NCBI GenBank assembly: GCA_938041455.1
Contig: CALITO010000008.1
Coordinates: 206,319 to 270,318, forward strand
Direction: 5' to 3'
Length of the DNA stretch: 64,000 bases
From: an uncultured bacterium
GTDB taxonomy: Bacteria > Armatimonadota > JACIXR01
Below are positions 50,647 to 61,114 of this stretch, one piece after another. The notes beneath the pieces were generated by a model, which worked only from the letters and a program-made list of their open reading frames with translations, ran no database searches and was not told the origin of the DNA. The stretch's first letter is position 1, and the number at the start of each line of letters is the position of its first letter. The translations under genes and the position numbers were made by a program.

Positions 50647-52578
50647 GTGGCTATAGTGAGATTATCGGAGAAAACTTATAGAGACAAAGTAATGGGTTGC
50701 TGGTATGGAAAGAATGCAGGTGGAACGTTAGGAGGTCCTTTAGAAAGCGGTTGGGGGAAAGAGGAACCTTTCAATGTAGATTGGTATCCTGTCCTTCAAG
50801 AGGGAGGGGTGCCCAATGACGACTTGGAAATCCAACTCATCTGGTTGCAAGCGCTTGAAGATAGGGGATTGGATATAACCTGTAAGGATTTGGCGGAATA
50901 TTGGCTTGATTGCATCTGGTATAATCCTGATGAATATGGTTTACACAAGACTAATCTCCGCTTGGGGCTCCAACCTCCCCTCTCTGGGTGGTTTAATAAC
51001 TTCTTTAAGCATTGTATGGGCTCACCGATTCGCTCGGAGATTTGGGCTTGTATAGCCCCAGGACTTCCCCATATAGCTGCTGCCTACGCCTGGCACGACG
51101 CGGTTTGTGACCATGCGGGGGGAGAATCGGTCTATGGGGAGATGTTCAACGCAGCCGTTGAATCCGCTGCTTTTGTCATCTCAGATATTAACCGTCTCCT
51201 TGAGATAGGCTTGGCAATGATTCCTAAAGATTGCCTTACAGCTAAAGCGGTTCGCACGGCTATAGAAGCAAAGGCAAAGGGATTAGATTGGCTTGAGGCA
51301 AGGAAGAAGGTTATGGAATGTGCCTATAGCCCCATCGCTCAGTTCTCGCCCATTAATCTGGGGTTCCAGACTATTGGACTTCTCTATGGGGAAGACTTCG
51401 GAGATGCCCTCTGCAAAGCCGTCAACTGTGGATATGATACAGACTGCACAGGAGCAACAGTGGGGGCGATACTTGGTATAATCCTTGGAGCAAGTAATCT
51501 TCCCCAAAAATGGATTGAACCGCTCGGCAACACAATTGCTACTAACGCCTCCTGGGGAGGTATACGCAATGTGCGCCTCCCTCAAGACCTGAATGAACTC
51601 ACGGAGAGAGTTGTCAAGATAGGTAAACTCCTTACTGCCCGTTTTGAACACTTAATAACAATAGGAAGTGAAGACGACCTTTCAAATGTTGAAAATCTAC
51701 CTCTCCTGAATGAAGAGGAGGCGAAGAGGATTTACACCCAACCCTTTAAGGAGGTTAAATTCATCCTCTCAACTCTGGTGGCTTACCTTGGTTATCCTGA
51801 AGGGCCCGCTGTATATGTCGGTGGTAAGACACCTATAGAGCTTCGCTTGATTAATCGTCAGCAAGAACCTCTATGGGTGGACGCTTGGGTGGAAGCGCCG
51901 GATAACTTCAAGGTAGAACCAGAGGGAAAGGTCAGCATAGAGTTGAAGCCAGCTGGGGAGTCCCGAATTCGTTTTAGTATCCAAGCGCCTCAGGAAGCAA
52001 GATTAATAGATATCGCTCCCAAGGGTTGGATAAAGTTGGAGGTCAAGGAGAGACCGGGTGTAGAAAGCTTACCGGTAACTTTTGCCGGAGCGAGGAGATG
52101 GTTAGTATCTCCTGTATACCCCTACGCCACCCTGGGAACTACACTTCCCCCTGAAGAACAACCTGGTTGGATAGATAGTCCCCCAGTAGGCTGGCGTGTT
52201 GAAAATTGGCCAGAAAACGAGCTTCCGGTAGAGCCATTCTTTGAAGGGAAACAAGGTGTAGTTTACCTTCGCCATTTCATTAAATCTCCAAGTGAGCGTG
52301 TAGTTCGCATAGGGGTTCCCAACTCCAATAAGATGAGGCTCTGGGTCAACGGAGCTATGGTTAAGCAGACGGAAACCGTCGTCCCTCTCCGCCCCAACTA
52401 TGGAGGGGACGGAAGCAACTATGTGGATGTAAAACTTAAAATGGGATGGAACAGCGTGTTGATAAAATTGGAGCGAGGGGATAAACCTATCGAGGCTCAT
52501 TTCACTCTTGCGGAACCTCAACTTGGAGCAGGTCAGTGGGACCTCCTTCAGACAAGATTCCCTTGGGAAGAATTATGA
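50647..52578 (+). CDS. ADP-ribosylglycohydrolase-fold domain fused to C-terminal beta-sandwich (sugar-binding-like) domains; GTG start
   Basis: DKVMGCWYGKNAGGTLGGPLE and GYDTDCTGATVGAILG ARH motifs; C-terminal VVYLRHF...RLWVNGAMV module; AAAGGAGTG RBS. Confidence 0.8.
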   Translation: MAIVRLSEKTYRDKVMGCWYGKNAGGTLGGPLESGWGKEEPFNVDWYPVLQEGGVPNDDLEIQLIWLQALEDRGLDITCKDLAEYWLDCIWYNPDEYGLHKTNLRLGLQPPLSGWFNNFFKHCMGSPIRSEIWACIAPGLPHIAAAYAWHDAVCDHAGGESVYGEMFNAAVESAAFVISDINRLLEIGLAMIPKDCLTAKAVRTAIEAKAKGLDWLEARKKVMECAYSPIAQFSPINLGFQTIGLLYGEDFGDALCKAVNCGYDTDCTGATVGAILGIILGASNLPQKWIEPLGNTIATNASWGGIRNVRLPQDLNELTERVVKIGKLLTARFEHLITIGSEDDLSNVENLPLLNEEEAKRIYTQPFKEVKFILSTLVAYLGYPEGPAVYVGGKTPIELRLINRQQEPLWVDAWVEAPDNFKVEPEGKVSIELKPAGESRIRFSIQAPQEARLIDIAPKGWIKLEVKERPGVESLPVTFAGARRWLVSPVYPYATLGTTLPPEEQPGWIDSPPVGWRVENWPENELPVEPFFEGKQGVVYLRHFIKSPSERVVRIGVPNSNKMRLWVNGAMVKQTETVVPLRPNYGGDGSNYVDVKLKMGWNSVLIKLERGDKPIEAHFTLAEPQLGAGQWDLLQTRFPWEEL

Positions 52579-55556
52579 GGAAAACGCTTTTATGTGTTTT
52601 GAGTTTATTCTCTTTCTTTTCCCTTCCTCAAGAAAATTTAATAGGAGAATATACTTCTCCCGCTCATTGGATATGGGGAACGAACCGTTCTCCCTTCGGT
52701 GAAAGGGGGTATTTTCGCAAAATATTCTTCATCAATAAGGATATAAAAGACGCCTTTGTCCAAATGACGGGAGATGATGGTTTTACCTTATTCGTGAACG
52801 GGAGCAAAATAGCCTCCGGGGGCTTCAGTTGGGGAAAAATCTACACTTTTAATATTACCTCCTTCATTCAAAAAGGGAGAAATGTCGTGGCGATTGAGGA
52901 TTACAGCCCCGTTGACCCTGCTGGGGTTATATTGGAGTGCACACTTAACTATAAGGATGGTTCAACCGAGATTTTCGTCACTGATTCCAGTTGGAAATTT
53001 TCTCCTTCACCAGAAGAGGGGTGGTTGGAAGCGGATTTTAACGACTCACATTGGCAAAACGCGGTTGAAATCGGCAAGCCTCCTATTACCCCTTGGCTTG
53101 ACCTTCCTTTCAAGTATTTGGGACAAGATATCCTTCAGTGGGAACTTCTGGAGATTAAATATCCTAAAAAGGTTAAGGCGGGAACGACGGTGAATGTTAG
53201 GCTCAAGGGTAAAGTTCTCAGCCTACCTAAGGGCGACAATCTCGGTTTTATCGCCTTGCGCAAAGGAGACTTTACCCTTTGGGAAAATAAAGCGATTCGC
53301 CCCTATCCCCCCCTTTCCTCTTGTTCCATCGGCAATGTATTCAATATATCCGTCTCTTTAGCAATTCCCAAGTACGCTCCTAGGGGTAAATATGTTTTGG
53401 AGATGGGCCTACACCGTAGCAAGATGAAGGTAAAGGAGGATTTTAAATTGGGCGAGATGGAAATAGAGGAGATAAAAGGGGCACTACCCAGGGCGGAAAT
53501 TAAAGATTTAAATGGTTCGCCAGCGCTCTTTATAAATGGAAAACCTTTCTTCCCAATGATTTATTCTCAAATTCCTCATATAGATGAGAAACATGCTGAA
53601 CAATTTACTAAAGCAGGTATTCAACTTTATGAGATAAATTTTGTTCTGGGCGATTTTGTGAGGCTTGGATGGAAAGGCGAGGGATTATATGATTTCAGTG
53701 AATTTGATAGAATTATCTTCAATCTTCTGAGAGTTAACCCCGAGGCTTACTTCTTTCCCCGCCTCTGGCTTGAACCTCCCGGTTGGTGGATAGACGCACA
53801 CCCTGAGGAACTACAAAGATACGCTGATGGAACTACATGGGATAAAAATGATGTATTTGGAGGGACGAAGTGGCCATCCTTTGCTTCGGAGCGATGGTTG
53901 AAAGAGGAAGGCGAGGCGCTCAAGAAGTTCGTTGAACATATACAGTCTTCTCCTTATGCCGAAAGGTGCATCGGCTATCATATAGGTGCAGGTATCTATG
54001 GGGAATGGCACTATATGGGTGCCCAATATTTACCTGATATGAGCGAACCTATGACGAGGACTTTTAGAAACTGGCTTCGGGAACATTACCATAACGATGT
54101 GAATGCCCTCCGTAAAGCTTGGGGAAGGGAAGATGTCACTTTTGAGAATGCCCAGGTCCCTACTCTTGAAGAACGCCTCCAAACTTCCTTTGGTATGTTT
54201 CACCATCCCAACGAGAACCGTCAGGTAATTGATTATTATATGTGCCATCACAAGGTCCTTGTTGATGCTATTCTCCACTTTGCCAGAATTGTGAAGGAAA
54301 CTTCCAAAGGTAGATCCTTGGTCGGTGTCTTCTTTGGCTACACATCAAATATGCTCTGGCCACAGGACGGTGGACACATTGAACTTAAGAGAGTTCTTAC
54401 CTCTTCTTATATAGATTTCCTCTGCTCACCTCACACTTATGTCGGAAGGGCGTTGGGACAAGACGGGGGCTTTAGGGCTCTACCAGGCTCTATCGCCCTT
54501 TCTGGAAAGATCTTCATAGATGAAGCAGATGATGGTACCCACCTTGCTTCTCAAATACACAAGTTAGCGAGAAGCACCGAAGAGTCGATAGCTTTAATGA
54601 GGCGAGAATTCGTTCAAGCTCTATCTATAAATGGCGGGTTGTGGTGGTTCGATATGGACTCTTGTTGGTTCGATGAGCCAACCTTAATGGAGGAGATAGC
54701 CAAAATGAAGAAAATAGGAGATATAAGCTTGTCTCTCCCCCGCAAGAGAGTTAGTGAAGTAGCGGTAATAGTAGGATTGAATAGCTTCTATTATACAGCC
54801 CATTGGCGTTCTAAGTATGGCTCCACAATGGGAGACAGTGTAACAAGCCTTCTACTCAATGAGCAATGGCGAGAATTTTTCAAAATGGGTGCTCCTTTTG
54901 ACCTCTATGACATAAGCGATATAGAAGAGATGCCCCAATATAAATGTTATATCTTCTTGAATACTTTCTATTTGGACGAAAAAGCGAGGAAAGCAATTGC
55001 TAAATTGAAAGCAAAAGGAGGGTTGTTCATCTGGTTCTATGCCCCGGGATTGCTGAATGAGAAAGATATAAAAGTTGAGAATGTTGAGGAAATAACGGGG
55101 ATGAAAATGAGATTATCTCTTGAACCCAATATCCTGTCAGTGGAAATGATGGATGGTAGGAAGTGGACTAATGGCAAGGAAATCTCACCCCTGATATGGG
55201 TTGAGGATGACACCGTAGAAACACTTGGAGTTTCTCCTCAAGGGAAATCGGTCTTTGCTCTTAAAAGATTCCCTAATTTAATATCCCTCTACATTCTCAC
55301 TCCTCCAACTCCCGCATCAGTGTTAAGGGAACTGCTAAAGATGGCAGGAGTTCATATATACATAGATAGCGAGGATGTTCTTTACGCCCACGAGAGTTTA
55401 CTCGCTATTCACACAGCGAAAGAGGGAATTAAACGAATAAAATTACCAAAAGAAAAGGAAGTAGAAGATGCCTTTACGGGGTGGAGAATAGGCAGAGTAA
55501 AGGAGTGGGAAGTGGAGCTTCCCGCCCATACTACTGTGCTCTACCTTTTGAAGTAG
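52575..55556 (+). CDS. Secreted glycoside-hydrolase-like protein with duplicated rhamnosidase-type N-terminal beta-sandwich and GH42/GH35-like TIM-barrel region
   Basis: Signal peptide MRKTLLCVLSLFSFFS; ATGA overlap with previous stop; GYFRKIFFI...FTLFVNGSKIASGG module; glycosidase-like LWLEPPGWW region. Confidence 0.7.
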   Translation: MRKTLLCVLSLFSFFSLPQENLIGEYTSPAHWIWGTNRSPFGERGYFRKIFFINKDIKDAFVQMTGDDGFTLFVNGSKIASGGFSWGKIYTFNITSFIQKGRNVVAIEDYSPVDPAGVILECTLNYKDGSTEIFVTDSSWKFSPSPEEGWLEADFNDSHWQNAVEIGKPPITPWLDLPFKYLGQDILQWELLEIKYPKKVKAGTTVNVRLKGKVLSLPKGDNLGFIALRKGDFTLWENKAIRPYPPLSSCSIGNVFNISVSLAIPKYAPRGKYVLEMGLHRSKMKVKEDFKLGEMEIEEIKGALPRAEIKDLNGSPALFINGKPFFPMIYSQIPHIDEKHAEQFTKAGIQLYEINFVLGDFVRLGWKGEGLYDFSEFDRIIFNLLRVNPEAYFFPRLWLEPPGWWIDAHPEELQRYADGTTWDKNDVFGGTKWPSFASERWLKEEGEALKKFVEHIQSSPYAERCIGYHIGAGIYGEWHYMGAQYLPDMSEPMTRTFRNWLREHYHNDVNALRKAWGREDVTFENAQVPTLEERLQTSFGMFHHPNENRQVIDYYMCHHKVLVDAILHFARIVKETSKGRSLVGVFFGYTSNMLWPQDGGHIELKRVLTSSYIDFLCSPHTYVGRALGQDGGFRALPGSIALSGKIFIDEADDGTHLASQIHKLARSTEESIALMRREFVQALSINGGLWWFDMDSCWFDEPTLMEEIAKMKKIGDISLSLPRKRVSEVAVIVGLNSFYYTAHWRSKYGSTMGDSVTSLLLNEQWREFFKMGAPFDLYDISDIEEMPQYKCYIFLNTFYLDEKARKAIAKLKAKGGLFIWFYAPGLLNEKDIKVENVEEITGMKMRLSLEPNILSVEMMDGRKWTNGKEISPLIWVEDDTVETLGVSPQGKSVFALKRFPNLISLYILTPPTPASVLRELLKMAGVHIYIDSEDVLYAHESLLAIHTAKEGIKRIKLPKEKEVEDAFTGWRIGRVKEWEVELPAHTTVLYLLK

Positions 55557-55574
55557 GAAAACCTCTTGTATTTA

Positions 55575-58424
55575 TTATCCTTCTACTATGGTGGCTTTAT
55601 TCTCCAATTTTTTCCCGTTAAGGATTATTTGTGCGACATTTTCGGGGAAACGGACCTCCGCGAGACATCCTTTGGGAATATGTATATCTGCTTCTAATAT
55701 TTTTTCTTTTATCTTATAACTCACTTCTATCGTGCCATAAGGAGTGGGAATTGTGCCCCTTGCCCATTTTAGGTCGCAAAGGTTGGGTTCTATCAAAATT
55801 CTTTTGAAACCAGCCTCAATTGGCCTAACACCCAAGATATAACTAGGAAGGAAAAAGGCGGGAGCAGACGACCAAGCGTGGCAGTGGCTGCGGGTAAGCT
55901 TTTGTCCCAACCATTCAAAAGCGTGGGGAAATGTCTCCCAACAGGTAGTGGCGTCGTATTCAAGCATAATCCCCCAGTTCTTCCTGATGTTTTCCAAAAT
56001 ATCCTCTACCTTGTTTAGCCTTGCCAACGCCTCAAAGTAAAAGAAGGACATAAAGGGACTGCCTATTTTGACAAAGCTCTCCGGGGGATGGAGGAGGTAA
56101 CCCTCCAGGATATTCCTCCGTTCCCCCGTCGCGCAATCCGAGAGATAAACGATGACTTGTGTTTGTAGGCTGAACACTTCAGAGCGAGTTCCATCGATAT
56201 GAATACTATCTATATAGGCTTTCTTTTCCTCGTCCCAAAGATTTTCGTTTATTGCTCTCTGTAAATCATCAGCGAATCTCGAGAGGAATTGCTCGTCTTC
56301 TTCTTTATTTAATAACTTCGCTATCTGTGATAATTCCCTTAACGCCTTCACCAAAAGAGCATTTTGATGTGTAACGACACCCCTACTGGGAGTGTCCATA
56401 GGTGCCCAGTCAAGCATATTCCAGGCTTCTATCTCCAGTAAACCCTTGTCATTGATGAATTGTTTGAAATTCCTCGCCGTCTGAAGGAGAGAAGGGTATA
56501 TCTCCTCGAGAAACTCCCTTTCACCGCTGAATAGATAATATTCCTTACAAGCAATCATCCAGAGTAGTGACCAAGCGGTAAGGATATTCTGCCATCCGCT
56601 GGGAACCTGTGATTCGGGAAGTGGCGAACGATAGAGGGATTTCGGCACGAGTTTGAGGCAGCGCCTGGAAAGAGGATAAGCTCCAAAGGTCATATAATTT
56701 ATTAGTGCCTCATTTCGGGCATCGCCTACCCAGAATGTTTGTTCATAGGCAGGGCAGTCAACATATGTATCCTCCATACAAAGTCTTTCCGTGTGCTTGG
56801 ATATCTCCCAAATGCGATTTAGCATATGATCAGAGCATTGAAAACGCCCTATTTCGGCAACAGGATAAGTGGCAAGGTATGTTTTAAGGGAGTAAATCTT
56901 GAGGGGTGCTCCAAGGTTTCTTATAGTGAGCATCACATATCTGAAACCCCGGCGAACCAAGGAACGATAGGTTTGGCGTCCCTCTCTCGTTATATATCTC
57001 AGGGTGTTATGTAGACCATCCGTATTTTCTATGAAGCCATCGTGAATACTTTCAAAAGCATAGAAATCCAAGATAACATTCGCTGGTGACTCAATGTCAA
57101 ATTCCAGGAATCCACTAAGCTCCTTACCAAAATCTATGATTAGTTCTACATCGCCTTCACCCGGTTTTATTTCAGTATAGGAATCGTTAGCAAGAACGAG
57201 GTTGTGATGTTGGGGGAGAACTTCGATTTCTCTAAGTGTTTTCTTGTGAACACAAAGGTTGAAAACGATATCCTTACAGGTGTGCTCGGGCATCACAGGC
57301 TTTATCCAGTGTCCAAATTTATGGAGTATCTCGCTAAAATCTGTCATCCAAATTTTCTCGTAATCTGGGTGAGGATTGAGGGGTGCGTCTTCCGTGGTGC
57401 CCAAATGGGCTATTGTCCTTTTATCAAAGGGACCTATGGTTATGAATTCCCCTTCGCCCAAGGGGGAAGCGAACTTTATTTCCTCAGGGAAATCAAAAGA
57501 GAGATTGACGAAAGGGTCGTGAAATGTGCCACTAACATCTAAAAGGAAAGAGTTATCACCTTCTTTCAAATCTATTTCCAGTGAGTTGCTGAGGCCAAAT
57601 TGATAGGGGATATTGTTTAACTTAAAGCGTCCCATAACACTAAGGCTGATGAGCCTCCCCTTCATATCTCTGGGGGAACGAATGATAGTAGCTATATAGC
57701 CGTTATGCTTCTTCACATTGGCATCATATTCCTCAGGGTAGAAATTGGGACGTAGGTCTATGGCGATAGAGGTTTTGACAGGTTGAACTTCCTTCATAGA
57801 TATAACTCGTTTAGGGTAAAAAGGTTCATTCGTGAGGAAAGGAATGTCTCGGGGAATTAGTGAGGTCCAAGGAGAAGTGAATGCTGGACCAATCTCAAGA
57901 GCGTTTTCCCAGGCAGAATCGTCAAAATTCAATTCTGTCCAATTAGGGGGAAACTTACTGGCATCATATACCTCAGCCCATGCTTGCTGACAACTTATCC
58001 TTATCGAAGCCCTCTTAAAACCCTTATGTTCTGTGGTTTTCCAGGAACTGTCCGTCGTTATGCTCTTCACTACTTTACCATTCCTTCTGAAATCCAACTG
58101 AGCTAAGAGTCCCCCTCTTCCTTCTATATATTGGAATGTGCTGATTCCATAATGGGTTACTAAAACAGCGATTATATTTTCGCCCTGTTTAAGAAGATGT
58201 TTTATGGAATAGGTGTCGTATGATTGCTCAAAAGGCCAGGAGCGAACTGGACCCCAACCCAAAAATTGTCCATTTAAATAAAGAAAGTAACGGGAGTCGG
58301 CAGTTATATGAAGCTCCGCTTCATCAAAATCCTCTGGCACTTCGAGGACCTTTCTGAAAGCGAGCCAGTAATTGCGGGGATGTCTCCCGCTATTATCCCA
58401 AATCCACTGGGCTTTCCATTGCAT
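55575..58424 (-). CDS. Alpha-L-rhamnosidase, GH78 family
   Basis: N-terminal bacterial rhamnosidase domain (WIWD...FRKVLEVP...FLYLNGQFLGWGP), catalytic (alpha/alpha)6 region with DCPAYEQTFWVGD (GH78 DCPxRExxxWxGD motif). Confidence 0.8.
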   Translation of the reverse strand: MQWKAQWIWDNSGRHPRNYWLAFRKVLEVPEDFDEAELHITADSRYFLYLNGQFLGWGPVRSWPFEQSYDTYSIKHLLKQGENIIAVLVTHYGISTFQYIEGRGGLLAQLDFRRNGKVVKSITTDSSWKTTEHKGFKRASIRISCQQAWAEVYDASKFPPNWTELNFDDSAWENALEIGPAFTSPWTSLIPRDIPFLTNEPFYPKRVISMKEVQPVKTSIAIDLRPNFYPEEYDANVKKHNGYIATIIRSPRDMKGRLISLSVMGRFKLNNIPYQFGLSNSLEIDLKEGDNSFLLDVSGTFHDPFVNLSFDFPEEIKFASPLGEGEFITIGPFDKRTIAHLGTTEDAPLNPHPDYEKIWMTDFSEILHKFGHWIKPVMPEHTCKDIVFNLCVHKKTLREIEVLPQHHNLVLANDSYTEIKPGEGDVELIIDFGKELSGFLEFDIESPANVILDFYAFESIHDGFIENTDGLHNTLRYITREGRQTYRSLVRRGFRYVMLTIRNLGAPLKIYSLKTYLATYPVAEIGRFQCSDHMLNRIWEISKHTERLCMEDTYVDCPAYEQTFWVGDARNEALINYMTFGAYPLSRRCLKLVPKSLYRSPLPESQVPSGWQNILTAWSLLWMIACKEYYLFSGEREFLEEIYPSLLQTARNFKQFINDKGLLEIEAWNMLDWAPMDTPSRGVVTHQNALLVKALRELSQIAKLLNKEEDEQFLSRFADDLQRAINENLWDEEKKAYIDSIHIDGTRSEVFSLQTQVIVYLSDCATGERRNILEGYLLHPPESFVKIGSPFMSFFYFEALARLNKVEDILENIRKNWGIMLEYDATTCWETFPHAFEWLGQKLTRSHCHAWSSAPAFFLPSYILGVRPIEAGFKRILIEPNLCDLKWARGTIPTPYGTIEVSYKIKEKILEADIHIPKGCLAEVRFPENVAQIILNGKKLENKATIVEG

Positions 58425-58557
58425 ACAGAGAGCTCCTCCTTCTATAAGGAAATTTAAAATACTGGCAATATTCTATTGCTTTTTCTCAAAAACTTACAAA
58501 CAATTTTTAGCATATAACTCGACCCCGTAGTATATAATTAAAAACGGTGATGATAAG

Positions 58558-59337
58558 ATGAAATACAGCGTCTTCACAGTTATGATGGGGCCTCTTCCCC
58601 GAGAAGAGGTTGTGGAACTCCTCCTTCGCTATGGCTATGAAGGAGTAGAATGGCGGGTTCATCCTGAGTTCCATCTCAATCCAGAGAATATGAAGGAGGA
58701 AGTGAAGGAAGTAAGCAAAATATGTCGAGAAGCAGGATTGCAAATAGTCGCCCTATCTCCTTATCTACCACTCGGCTCACCCCTTTTGGAAAAGGTCGTT
58801 TATGCCGCTGGAGAATATGGCGTTCCTTTAGTAAGGATAGGAGTCCCTTCTTACACAGGGAAGGCTTGCTATTGGACACTCTACGATGAAACGAAGAAGA
58901 AATTGGAACAATTTGAGAAAGTCGGGGAGAAAACGGGCGTTAAGGGAGTAATAGAGATTCATATGGGGAACATTGCCACCAGTCCCAGTCTTGCCAAGTG
59001 GCTGTTGAAAGATTTCAACCCTCGCTATGTGGGAGCTATATTCGACCCGGGCAATATGATAGCGGAGGGATATGAAGCGTGGAAGATGGGTTTGGAGATA
59101 TTAGGTGAGCATTTGGCTCACTGCCACGCTAAGAATGGAGGGTGGTTCAAACAAGATAAGGAATGGAAATTCTCCTTTGTCCCTATGGACGAGGGAATAG
59201 CAGATTGGAAAGATATTCTTCATAGCTTGCAAGCAGTGGGCTACGATAGCTGGATATCATTTGAGGATTTCTCCCCCCTTCCCCTTGAAGAAAAACTAAA
59301 GAGAAACATTGAGCTATGTAAAGAATGGGAGAAATGA
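58558..59337 (+). CDS. Sugar phosphate isomerase/epimerase (xylose-isomerase-like TIM barrel)
   Basis: 259 aa, conserved His/Glu/Asp metal ligands pattern (EIHMGN, HCHAKN, FED). Confidence 0.8.
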   Translation: MKYSVFTVMMGPLPREEVVELLLRYGYEGVEWRVHPEFHLNPENMKEEVKEVSKICREAGLQIVALSPYLPLGSPLLEKVVYAAGEYGVPLVRIGVPSYTGKACYWTLYDETKKKLEQFEKVGEKTGVKGVIEIHMGNIATSPSLAKWLLKDFNPRYVGAIFDPGNMIAEGYEAWKMGLEILGEHLAHCHAKNGGWFKQDKEWKFSFVPMDEGIADWKDILHSLQAVGYDSWISFEDFSPLPLEEKLKRNIELCKEWEK

Positions 59338-59347
59338 GGTGAAAGAT

Positions 59348-59647
59348 ATGCCCCGTTTGACGAGAGAAGAAGTAGAGCATGTTGCTTATTTAGCGCGCCT
59401 TTCCCTTACCGAGGAGGAAAAGGAGATGTTTACAGAGCAGTTAAACCGCATATTGGAAGCGTTTGCGAAACTTCAGGAATTACAAACAGAGGATGTTGAG
59501 CCTCTTTCCCATGTCATCCCCCTCAAGAATGTGTTTGCTGAGGACGAAGGGAAGGATTGGCAAAGTTTAACGACTGAGGAAGCGCTTGCTAACGCTCCTG
59601 AGCAAGAAAATAACCACTTTGTAGTCCCTCGCATAGTAGAGGATTGA
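59348..59647 (+). CDS. gatC: Asp-tRNA(Asn)/Glu-tRNA(Gln) amidotransferase subunit C
   Basis: MPRLTREEVEHVAYLARLSLTEEE N-terminus; GAGGTGA RBS; longer ORF from 59309 overlaps previous gene. Confidence 0.85.
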   Translation: MPRLTREEVEHVAYLARLSLTEEEKEMFTEQLNRILEAFAKLQELQTEDVEPLSHVIPLKNVFAEDEGKDWQSLTTEEALANAPEQENNHFVVPRIVED

Positions 59648-59652
59648 AAAAT

Positions 59653-61110
59653 ATGAAGATATTTGAACTCACCGCAAGGGAAATTAGGGAAAAGATAAGA
59701 AAAAAAGAGATTAGTCCAAGGGAGATTATATCTTCATACCTTGAGCGAATAGAGGCTATAGAGCCAAAGATAAGAGCATACATAACCGTTGCCTCCGAGA
59801 CTGCTATTGAAATGGCAGAAAGTCTGGAAGAACGTTTGATGAAGGGAGAGGATGTTGGGATTTTGGCGGGTATACCCATAGCAATAAAGGACAATATTTG
59901 CACGAAGAACATGCGCACCACATGTGCCTCCCGTATTCTGGAAAATTTCTTTCCCCCGTATGACGCCACAGTTGTTAATCTTCTAAAAAAGGCTGGGGCG
60001 ATAATAATAGGGAAGACCAATATGGATGAATTCGCTATGGGGTCCTCTACAGAGAATTCCGCCTTCTTCCCTACCCGCAATCCCTATGATTTGGAGAGAG
60101 TGCCGGGTGGTTCCTCCGGCGGCTCGGCTGCCGCCGTAGCGGCAAGAGAAGCACCTTTAGCCCTCGGCTCCGATACAGGTGGTTCTATCCGGCAACCCGC
60201 TTCATTCTGTGGAATAGTTGGGTTCAAGCCAACCTATGGCAGAGTATCCCGCTATGGATTGGTCGCATTCGCCTCCAGTCTCGACCAGATAGGTCCTTTA
60301 ACCACCAATGTGGAGGATTGTATACTATTGTTCTATGTTATAGGTCGCTACGATCCATTAGATTCCACCTCTGCTCCGCTTCCCACACCCTCTTTGGAGG
60401 AAATGCTTATTCCAGAAGCCAAAGACTTAAGGATAGGACTTGTTGAAGAACTTTTTGGTGAGGGAATAGAGAAAGAGGTGAGGGAAGGAGTTTTAAATGC
60501 GGTCAGATACTTTGAGGAAATGGGAGCAAGTTTGGAATGGGTTTCCCTTCCTCACCTTTCTTATGCCCTCCCCTGCTATTACATAATAGCTCCCTCAGAA
60601 GCTTCCTCTAACCTTGCGAGATATGACGGAGTAAAATATGGGCTGAGGGTGGATGCGGAGGGAGTAATACCTATGTATATGGAGACAAGGGACAAAGGCT
60701 TTGGCCCCGAGGTAAAGAGAAGGATAATGCTGGGAACTTATGCACTTTCAGCTGGCTATTACGATGCCTATTACCTCAAGGCATTAAAGGTGCGTTCTTT
60801 GATAAAGCGAGATTTCGACAGAGCTTTTGAGAAATTCGACATCCTTATATCTCCAACCTCTCCCATTCCCCCCTTTAAGATTGGGGAGAAAATAGACGAC
60901 CCTCTGAAAATGTATATGGCTGATATTTGCACTATACCTATTAATCTTGCTGCCTTACCCGCTCTTTCCATCCCCGCTGGCTTAGATCCTCAGGGACTAC
61001 CTATAGGATTACAGATGATAGCCAAACCCTTTGAGGAGACCACGCTTCTACGCGCCGCACTCGCCTATGAGAAAGCACATCCCTTCCTCCCTCTTAAACC
61101 GTCCCTCTAA
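59653..61110 (+). CDS. gatA: Glutamyl-tRNA(Gln) amidotransferase subunit A
   Basis: Amidase signature [21 protein letters not shown]; ATG 59653 after gatC stop (TTG 59644 alternative). Confidence 0.95.
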   Translation: MKIFELTAREIREKIRKKEISPREIISSYLERIEAIEPKIRAYITVASETAIEMAESLEERLMKGEDVGILAGIPIAIKDNICTKNMRTTCASRILENFFPPYDATVVNLLKKAGAIIIGKTNMDEFAMGSSTENSAFFPTRNPYDLERVPGGSSGGSAAAVAAREAPLALGSDTGGSIRQPASFCGIVGFKPTYGRVSRYGLVAFASSLDQIGPLTTNVEDCILLFYVIGRYDPLDSTSAPLPTPSLEEMLIPEAKDLRIGLVEELFGEGIEKEVREGVLNAVRYFEEMGASLEWVSLPHLSYALPCYYIIAPSEASSNLARYDGVKYGLRVDAEGVIPMYMETRDKGFGPEVKRRIMLGTYALSAGYYDAYYLKALKVRSLIKRDFDRAFEKFDILISPTSPIPPFKIGEKIDDPLKMYMADICTIPINLAALPALSIPAGLDPQGLPIGLQMIAKPFEETTLLRAALAYEKAHPFLPLKPSL

Positions 61111-61114
61111 GGCC

